Shown: piece by piece, positions 54,801 through 64,000 of the stretch
Layout: each line of letters begins with the position of its first letter
Position numbering within the stretch: position 1 is the first letter of the stretch
Program-made: the position numbers and the translations under genes
Assembly: GCA_963924565.1 (NCBI GenBank)
Contig: OZ004608.1
Span: 33,480,001 to 33,544,000, forward strand
Reading direction: 5' to 3'
Length of the DNA: 64,000 nt
Origin: Ascidiella aspersa
Taxonomy: Eukaryota
Notes under the pieces: model-generated
Database searches by the model: none
Told to the model about the DNA's origin: nothing
The model's input: only the letters and a program-made list of their open reading frames with translations

Positions 54801-57800
54801 TGTTGATCCATCATGAACAAAGGGAAGTCGTTATCTGTTATAATTATATAAAGTTATACCACAGCAACTGGTGCAACTTAATGCAAATGAATACACAACA
54901 ATTTTATTAAAAAGGTAATGTTAATCCAGTTTAATCTATAAGCAAACAGAAGTCATTATCTGTTATAGTTAAATAAACTTATATCACAAAAACTGGAAAT
55001 GAAAAAATTGGAATGAATGCAAAACAATGTTATCAAAGTAGAAACAGCATCAGTAGGATTAAAAAATCATGCCAAACACAATAACGAACAAGGCGAGCGC
55101 CTACCACGACAAGATTTATAACAACTACAATGTCAAGGCGCCAAGTGCTTAGTGGCATTCGACCGTTAGACCGCAACTAAAACAACGCTTACATCAATTA
55201 AATAAGCCATAAAGGAACTACAGCAGCAAAATGCGCACGGCTAAAAGTTTGGGTCGCCGAACAGTTTTCTCGGGTCTGGGTTTCGATCCCCGATCAAGGT
55301 TAGGAGCAGTTAATTTAGCGCAGGGGACGGGAACCTTTTTAGCCTAAGGACTCATATATCTAAGCCAAATATTCTTGGTTGTATTTCCACGAGCCATATA
55401 ATATTTTTTACATCTAGGTATAGGTTGGCCAAAAATAGTAAATTGAGCAGGGCCGTTTATTTTGTTCTCATTTTTTTTAGGCCAGAACATTCTATGCACC
55501 AAAAATGAATTAGCTAAGTTTGCCAACTTTGACTACGGAGATACGTTGAAAGAATAGGGCCTTTTGGATAATCAGAGATTTCTTCGAACGGGATAACAGT
55601 CTCGACAATCAAAAAGGATTAAGCGCCGAAAATTTGCTATTATGTGTGCGAAAAAGAGAAAAATACCAATAAAACTGACGTCATATCGCTTAAAAGCAGG
55701 ACACGAGAGTAAACAATCGCTCAAACCTTGGCCCTGTCAGCTTCCAGAGATTGCCTGTACGCTTCCTCCTGTTCACGTTTTATGTTTTCCCGGGCCTTGC
55801 GCGCATCCTGGGAATGTAGAATATATCAGAAGTAAGGTTTTTGGGACAAAAAAATATTCTAGCACAAAACTTTTTAGCCTGGTTAGTAACATTAACAAAA
55901 ATTATTTTTCTTAGACTCCTTGAAACAGGCAAGCACTTTTAGCCCTAAAAAGAGCATAAATATTATGCTGTTTCTACCAGGCATAGAATACTAAAAATAA
56001 GTTCTTCTTGTCTATATTTGTTTATCCTGAAAGTCTTCATCAGGGAATGACACACATGGCCAACAGGACGCAAAGTAAAATGACACAAAGAAAAAAAGGA
56101 GATAAAATTTGAAATTTTGGATAAACCAATATATACCAGAAAAACTAAAAATGGCATGTTTAAAAAAACGGCATTTCATGCTACAAAAAAACAATGAAGG
56201 GCATTTTGGGCTTTGCAGGTTTATCATTAAATTATATTAATTGTAAAGAAATGAACTATTGAAGTCGGCAAATCGTTCAAAAATATGTAATATTATAAAA
56301 AGGATAAAGTTTTGACAAACAATGATAAGCAGAGTACTGTGATATAGTTAATGTGGTAAAAATTATGAACCTTAATCCTAGTCAAAAGGAAAGGGCCATA
56401 TTACTTGTATGCAAATCAGCATGGTGCTGCATGAAACTGAAAGGTGAATGCAAATAATTATTTTTAACAACGCACCTCTTCCTGAATATCCACAAGCTTT
56501 TGTGCCTCAGAGTCTTCATAAGCTTTAATTAACCTTGCCATCAGCTCGTTCAAGTCAGAGTTTCCTGTTTGAATAAATTTTGCAAAATAAAGGTTATTAA
56601 AGAAAAACCTTATCCACGCCCAGCGGGTTAGGGATTTCAAATATAAATCGGACAACTTTTGGAGTTTAGTTTTTTGAGGACAGTTTTAAGAAAAAAATCG
56701 AAGACATTTAAAGACTTTTTGAAGAACATTTTAAAGCCTAAAATGAGATTGCTTCACATGGTTTTAAATAATTCAAAAACAAAACAGCATAAATGACATG
56801 GTCAACACAATAACAAATAGTTAAAAAAACACACTGGTCTTTGTTAACACATAACTTACGGCTACATATAAAATAAATTAAAAGAGTTTTGGAAAAACAC
56901 AGGGATTTTCAACAACTTTTCAATATATAAATCAAATTAAAGACTTTAAAGATTCAATGACTTTGTGGCAACTATGATTCATAATATGACAAGATTTTTG
57001 TGTGTTAAAATATTTAAAATAATAAACTTTGACTATTTATCAAGAACAACATTACTTCGGATTTCAGAGATCAACAAGTAAAATCTTTTTTACTTGGTGA
57101 TATCTGAAATCATAGTTTGTACAGGAACGTTCAGTTTAGCATAAGCCAGTACTTTTAACAAAGTAAACAATATCATTTAACTGCCTACAATACAAACTTG
57201 GGTTTTAATTAAAAATACCTTGAATAATTGCGGTGACATCACATGATCGACCCTTGCCTTGGGCGAGTATGAGCATGGGAAAGTGGTCTTTCCTCATCCT
57301 TCGCACATTGTCGGCCACACCGGAGCCCATTTGTTGTGTGCTCATTTGTAGGAACCTGCATGAAATGAGACAAAGTTGCAGGGTTATAGAGCTGAGGTTT
57401 AGGTCTTAAAGCAGCGTTTCTCAACCATTTTGATGGTGACCGAAATACAAAACATAGGTATAAAAGAACGTAGTGCCTTCATTGAATACAAAACCATTGG
57501 AAGCAGGTTTCTGCTTGACAATCACTGTTTCGCTGACAACAGTGATCAACGGATTTTTAAACTTTCGAGTTGTATTGTTTAATTATAACGGTGAAGCTTT
57601 GACGACCCAATAATGTTCAATTCATCAAACTTTTGTCAAGTGAACAAAACTTAAGAGATTCTTGTGCCAATTGAATTAATATGAGCCTGTCTTTGTTTCT
57701 CACCAATTTTTAGTTGCAATAGGTTAACAAAGGCTGACATAAAGTGTTGGAAAGATATTATTAGTTTAAGTCAAAAATATGGTTTGTTACCCTCAGAAAG

Positions 57801-60800
57801 GCAGCAGCAGTTGCGGCAGAATATGAATTTTAAAACCATTAGGTGAAATTAGTGGCATATGTGGGTGTGAGACAGTCTTCATTCTGTCTTTTAATACAAA
57901 AGTGTAATCAACTACATGGATCAGTAAATCTAGGCATACACATATAGCTTTTTATGATGCTGAAAATTAGGCATTCCTATATCCGGGTACTTTTCTGTTT
58001 GTAAATATCGGTTTTATAATAATTAAAACAATTAGTTTACCCCTAAACATACTGCTATGGAGGTGACAGCCAAAACTATCTAAGTTACAAGCACTGATTT
58101 ATAAAAAAAGGTTTTAGTTAGGAGTAGATTACCTGGTAATTTAAATTGCAGTTTTGTAACATAGGGTACAATGAACATACTACTGCTGTCAGGCTTTGTA
58201 ACAATTGTAAAATTATTATTTCAGAAAATATTTTTTTATATTAAATGTACCGACATTTCAGCCCCATATACAAAATATCAGGTAAATCATTTTGCAACTG
58301 GGCGAAAAAAAAAAAAAAACTTTATTGTTTGATTGCTATATATATATTTTCCCAGCCAGATGGAGTATCTTTTGCCTGATTTTCTGTGTAGGTTATCGAA
58401 ACGTTGATACATTCAATATAAAAATACTTGCTGAAAGAACAGTTTTACAATTGATACAATGCCTGATAGCAACAGTATGTTCATTGTACCCTAAGTTAAA
58501 TTAGCAGGTAATAAAAAAAAAAAAAAAAAAATATTTGTGCAATCATTTTACAATTGATACGGTGCAATATTTAGCTACAAACTTGATAGAACATTTACCT
58601 TTCCTTGTTGTATGGAGTCGTAACGTCCCACCCCCATGTGACAAAGTGTGCATTAAGGTAATTAATGATGGAGTGGTTTGCCAGCAGCTGACTACAAAAC
58701 ACGTTGCTTTGAATGCTACCATCGTGGTGCAAGTAGACAGCTGTAGAGCACAAAACAGATTTTTTTATTCAATAAAACAATTTTTTTCTGATATTACCCG
58801 AGTTTAAATATGTCTAGAGTCTAGACAAAATAGCAAAATATATTCAAGCTAGGAAAAATTATGCGGTTCAAAATCTAGGCGCTGGTCTAGAATCAAAAGT
58901 ATATTTTCCAAACTTATTTACTTTGCTGCTTTTTTTGCTTTTTTAAAAATAATAGAGAACCCAACTAATTGTTTAAAACGAGCAATATTTTTAAACCAAC
59001 TGACAATCATTACTTTAAAATTCAGTACTCATACGCACTACTCATGCATGTAAGCTATCAAATGCCTATGTAACAATAAAAATCAATCCAAATGATGTGC
59101 TTTCGCTAAAATAATTTTAAAATCAAATTATTTACAAAATGTTCTCTGGACGCCTTAACCTATCTCACAGGACCAGGGATGTTCAAAGTAGAATCCCAAG
59201 GTATTCTAGAATAATAGGTTTCGAATCTAGAATAACGAATCCAGAATAGCGAATCCTAGTATATTTTTATTAAATTATTTAACCTCGATTTTGTTGTTTA
59301 GGGAATGGATTAATCTTTTTCTACCCTACAGGGCCCACATTCACAGCAATAAATCGCCCAAACAATTTGCTAACATGTGTACATTATAATAAAAAAATGT
59401 TTTACATTCTTAACAACTGTCATTTGAAGCAGTTGTGTAAACTGTAATACATGTCCACTTTCCAGGTTGTTGCCAAAACTTATATTTTTGCCAATAGTGA
59501 GTACAATGCAACACTGCACACAGAACTCTTTAGCAATTCGGTACAGTTTTTAAAAGCATTGTTGGGTCTTAGTGATTTTTTTTTTGACTAATTGATCTGT
59601 TATGCAGTCAAATAATGTACTGCAAATAATACAAAGTTACTATTGACATAACAAATACATGACAATTTACGCTGTGCATAACTGCATAACCTCGCTGAAT
59701 ATTGGCCTAAAGTTGACCTTAAGTAACCCTATAGCGCATTTTCTCGATGGCCAGCACGTGTTACTTTTGCAACTTAACGCATTTAGGGAAATTGCGAACT
59801 CCGCTCCTGACATTACACGTTAGTCGCTCGCCCAATAACGCTTGATTGACACTTAATTATTAGACGAACGTTATCGTCTGACGCGAAGTAATTGGTCGCC
59901 TGAAAAAACGCTGACACTGCACTACCAGGTTACATTTAAAACAAGCACCATAAAATGGTCGCCGCAGCGACATGCCAACTTACCGCACGAGTTTGTACAA
60001 TTAGGCGCGACAATCGGCGGTAAAACATTAAATTATATCGGTTCCAATTACCCTAAATAAACGGCAGAATTGGATTCAAATCTCATCTGGATTCGAATCC
60101 AAGGATTCGATATTCTACTTTGAGCATCCCTACACAGGACCCTAGGACCAGAGTGAGAACAACTGGTCCAACTAAATGAAACATAAGAACCATGTTGTTC
60201 ATTAATAATACATTGTCTTTATGAGAAGTAAACCAACTCAACAAAACACACAACACTATGTTGCCGCTTGCCATTTATATACTACAGGAAACTGGGCGAC
60301 CTTTTCAGTAAACAAAGAGTGACACAAATAAAGCAGCTCCACGCTTTACAAGGGATTTGAAAATACAATTTATCACATTTATTTAGTTATTGTCTTCAAA
60401 TTATATGCCATGGATGAAGCACTCAAACATAAGGAGAGACACTGGATTTAGCTGCACATTAACAATTGCAATATTGCTTTGTTATAAGCAAAAAAAAGGT
60501 CGGACAAGTTTTGGCAAGTTTTGTTTCAAGGTAAATATAAAAATTAGCTCAAATAACTGCTGTAAAAGACAATACCATATAACAGCAGAAGTAAATAACT
60601 GAAAAGTCTACTGGTTCTACTAAACAGCTATTCAAAGATATTAAAACATGTTTAACATAAAAATAAGATTTTTTTTTCTATTTCAAATAGGCAAAAACAT
60701 CACTGACCTAAAAGCTTGCGTCTTCTAGCTTCACAGCCGAATGCCTTTTGAACAGCCGATACAAGGGTGTCCAGGTGAAATTCTGGTCCTTCAACGTACC

Positions 60801-63706
60801 GCGATAAGAACTCAGATTTAAACTGTTGCTGTGCCAGGACGTCGTCTTCAACCTTTTCTGGCACTAATTCAGAGAAAAAAATAGATTAAAGGAAAATGGG
60901 AAGCTAGAAGAAGTTTGTTCCAACAAAACATCCAAATAGATCAGTGGAAAAACTTTTAACTTAAAAGGTTACATGACATGAATTACATTAATCTTCTGAC
61001 ACCCCAAGTAAATACAAAAACAGGGAAAAATTATCAAAGTGTTTCCTTCATGTTAGATTAGATAATATGAGCTAAATCCATATATTACAAAGTAATCAGA
61101 TTTAACAAACAACCTTACCCAAATTGGAAGGACTAATAAAATGATTTTAGCAGCAAAGATCAACATGTGTCTTTTTTAAGTCAAAAAAATGTCAAAAAGC
61201 TACCCAAAACTTACTCAGGCTTATGGTTTTTGAAGCACTAGTAGTTTGATCGGCAAAAAATGAATCGTCGTCAAAACTATCAGCAATGTCTTCTTCGTCG
61301 CTACTCGATAAAACCGTAGTGACGCCTCTCTCAACAGAATGAGAGCCATTACTGGTTGTGTTTGAGTTGGGATGGGGTAGGATTGAAAAGGGGTTTAGGT
61401 GGGCGGGAATAGGCCTCGCACGCCTTACCGAAAGGTTGTGAAGGGGTTCTGTAAGCCTGAGACTGGCTATGGTGGACTGGGTTTGATAGGGTGAGACAAA
61501 AAAACAATAAAAATTGGTTAAGTTATGCAATACAGTGACAATAAACCTTTCAAGAAATTTAACAAATATAGTAAAATACACATATTGTGTGCACAGCCAA
61601 TGCAAATTCTAAAAAAGGAAAGTTCACCTTTCTTAACTTTTAACATGTGTATTCAGGTTTGCCACACATTTTGATGAAATAAATTCGACAATTCAAAGAC
61701 TTTTTATTAAAAATTTATAGGTTTTTCAAAACCTATATTTGGATCACTTGACCTAATTTGAATATTTTGAAAAAAAAAAGTATAATTGCCACGGGCAAAC
61801 CATAACAAATGGTTTAATATTTTGTTTTACTACTTTTGAAACACATAACTTAGCTGCATATAAAATAAACTCCATGCCTATTTTAAAGACCTTTGAAAAA
61901 ACATAGGGTTTTTTAAAGACTTTTCAATGGGCAAATCAATTCAAAGACAATTCAAAAAATTTAAAGAGACAATGGCAACCCTGTGTATTCCAAATCAATA
62001 ATATATTTATGAAAAATTAAACTAAACTTACTAAAACCATTCCTCTCTTTAAGTTCTAATCTGAAGCTTTTTCTTCTCCTCTTATCTGTCTTTGGCTCAA
62101 TTAAGTCATTATTATTTCTTTTCTGGTTGCCTCTTTTTCCCATTTGATCTAATCTATGGAAGTCCCCAACTAGTTGACCAGAACTGCCACTTTTCGGTGC
62201 ACTTTCCTTTTTCATTTTAGGCTTCATTTTTATTTTTTATCGGTTGTGTAGACAAACAAACCAAACACATGCATTTATAAATATTGTAAATGTTATGCCA
62301 GTTTATAAGTGATGTAACAATGAACACAAAGGCCATTGTGACGCCACTGCTTGGTGATTCACAAAATTTACTCACATCATCTGAGGGGGTTGTGCCGCCT
62401 GGAAAGCCTTCCCAAATCTGTTCTTTGGTGTGGATTTTCGTCAACTGGAAAATGTCCATTTTTAATTCCAGGACGGTTTTCGAGCCCTCGCACGACAGAA
62501 AATGCTGCCTTCCTGGCTCTTCGTCCCTGACTTGGATTCTGTAGGTTTTTGTGAAGTCAATTATGCCACTGGAGTTGTGCCTGAAATTAAAAGGAGATGT
62601 TTAGCTTATGAATAACTCAAGGCATTCAGTCCTAATATTAATAAGAAATGTTAATAAAAAATATTTGAAACAGTAGGCATAACTATAATAGGTTACACTT
62701 ACACACTTTTAAAGCAATTCCTAAAATAAAACACTATTAATTACTAAACTACTATAAAACAGGTAAAAAACATTTCTAAACATTTTCCAAACAAATACAT
62801 ATAATTTCTGTATTAAAAAAAATCGTCAGCAATATTTGATGTTTTCAACCTGTTTTATAAAACATACTGAAGTGTAATTTGGCTTAAAGCAAGAACCTTT
62901 CTTTTACATTTTATGTCCTACTAAATTTAAGTACAAAAGAAAAAAACAACCTAATAATATATTTGTAATAAACAACTTACCCAGAATAAGCAGCACAGGG
63001 TACATACAAAGGTGCATCATCGTTGGTATCGAGGCCAATAGAAACACCAGAAATGGGGCTTTGCATTTTGACAGTCAGTTGATTAAAGTGTGGTAATGCC
63101 ATCGTTGACAGAACTGTGTTATCGTTTGGGTGGCGAACCGCTGACTCTTTTGGCCAGCTTTCAAAGTTAGTTTCGCCGGTTGAAATTCCAAGTTCAATAG
63201 AAGCTATTTGTTTTAAATCACCTGAACAAGAAAAAGTTAAAAGAATGTTAACTCAAATTACCAAACAAAGCTAAACACTCCCAAAGAAAAAGTTTTTATA
63301 TATTTACAAGAAGAAAACAACAAAGTTCATTAGGCAAGAAATTTCAAAAAATTTAGCAAATCAAAATACATTTATTTATATAAAAGCATCAATACAAAAG
63401 AAATAAAAGTTGATCGTACCAACAGTACTACTGTCATCAATCATAACATCTTTTGTGGTTTCACCAAGTCTACAGGAAAACGTTATCATCTTTCTCTCAC
63501 TCATTGCATTTTGAAAGCTACACAGAACATATTTTTTTTAAATTAATCAACAAATTTCAAATTTTTAAATACCAAATAAAACATTAAAAAACCTGTTTGC
63601 GGTTGGGTGGTCTTCTAAAGCTGCTGAAACAGCTCTTTGTAAATCCCACTCACATTGTTCCAATATTGCCATACATTCTCCAATGTCATCATTTCCAGAA
63701 CAAGCC
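51851..63706 (-). CDS. FAF1: FAS-associated factor 1 (UBA-UBL-UAS-coiled coil-UBX p97 adaptor); first exon lies beyond the right edge
   Basis: UBA: ACSGNDDIGECMAILEQCEWDLQRAV. UAS: FKSEFLSRY..RRKLLAVYLHHDGSIQSNVFCSQLL..HFVTWGWDVT. Coiled coil: ARENIKREQEEAYRQSLEADRAK. UBX: VSRVRFRCPDGKTLMRSFLATNTLQ..SWP..YPQDSLIIEE. TAA at 51851. Confidence 0.93.
54287..54468. mobile_element. Short MITE/foldback with about 43-bp inverted arms
   Basis: acataaacaataaaactcaaagtttaaaaacccgagta pairs with tactcgtgtttttaaactttgagttttattgtttgtatgt. A partial related sequence lies near 57490-57580. Confidence 0.7.
59174..60132. mobile_element. Non-autonomous hAT-type element, 959 bp
   Basis: TIRs CAGGGATGTTCAAAGTAGAAT / ATTCTACTTTGAGCATCCCTA, subterminal GAATCC repeats, and a perfect TSD CACAGGAC. 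Confidence 0.88.
61654..61983. mobile_element. AAAGACT-rich MITE family, full-length copy; partial copies end near 9982, 22847, 30350 and 56972
   Basis: Ends CAGGTTTGCCA / TGGCAACCCTG with flanking TGTATT direct repeat. The copies share an aaatcaattcaaagact...tggcaaccct tail. Confidence 0.75.
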
Positions 63707-63781
63707 TGCATGCATAAGCATAAAAAACAATTAAAACTTTTGGGTAAATTTGCTAACTCATATTTGCTTGCACTACAATCC

Positions 63782-63961
63782 GGCGCTGGTCTAGAATCCT
63801 ACCACAACGTTGAAATGATTATTAAGCAATGCATAATATGTGGGTTAGGGTGTCGGTTAGTGTTTGGGTGTGGGTAGGTCAAGTAATATTGTTTAACACT
63901 ATTACTGGACTCACCCAAACCCAAACGCTAACCGGCACCCTAACCCAAATAATGTTTCGCC
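63782..63961. mobile_element. GGCGCTGG-TIR MITE variant with an internal telomere-like palindrome
   Basis: Intact left TIR; right end reduced to CGCC; flanks TACAATCC / TGCAATCC. Internal gggttagggtgtcggttagtgtttgggt pairs with acccaaacgctaaccggcaccctaaccc. Confidence 0.72.
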
Positions 63962-64000
63962 TGCAATCCTGCTTATGCCAAGTTAAGTTGGTTAAAGCCT

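Noticed and set aside
55230-55345. tRNA gene (GGTTTCGATCCC)
   Set aside because: No acceptor or anticodon stems; possibly a SINE head.
13235-62544. Many plus-strand ORFs in the track (e.g. 13235, 15970, 17665, 42384, 62290)
   Set aside because: They are antisense shadows of minus-strand exons or AT-rich intronic chance ORFs.
1-64000. CRISPR arrays, prokaryotic systems, rRNA, intact transposase or reverse transcriptase genes
   Set aside because: None seen; the window is spliceosomal-intron-rich eukaryotic DNA with only non-autonomous elements.

Overview
AT-rich, intron-dense animal DNA. Compact genes, a dense load of short DNA transposons and mosaic CpG content suggest an invertebrate; a tunicate is plausible but unproven. 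Four multi-exon genes run head-to-tail on the minus strand: FAF1 (5' end outside the window), a long WD40-repeat gene (WDR87/97-like), coatomer gamma (COPG) and PELP1 (probably running off the left edge). A six-exon rhodopsin-class GPCR is nested antisense in one intron of the WD40 gene. Introns carry many non-autonomous DNA transposons, several with perfect 8-bp target-site duplications (TSDs), and one or two solo LTRs. The most notable signals are: (1) two tandem 68-nt homologous COPG exons that must be mutually exclusive, with RBFOX/QKI-type motifs nearby; (2) a ~350-nt, heavily base-paired, pseudoknot-capable segment antisense in a PELP1 intron, matching no RNA family I recognise; (3) a frame-compatible partial COPG exon duplicate with only synonymous changes; (4) a repeated 5'-poor/3'-rich CpG polarity within genes. 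Exon boundaries and base pairings were read by eye and family calls come from remembered protein sequences; no searches were run.
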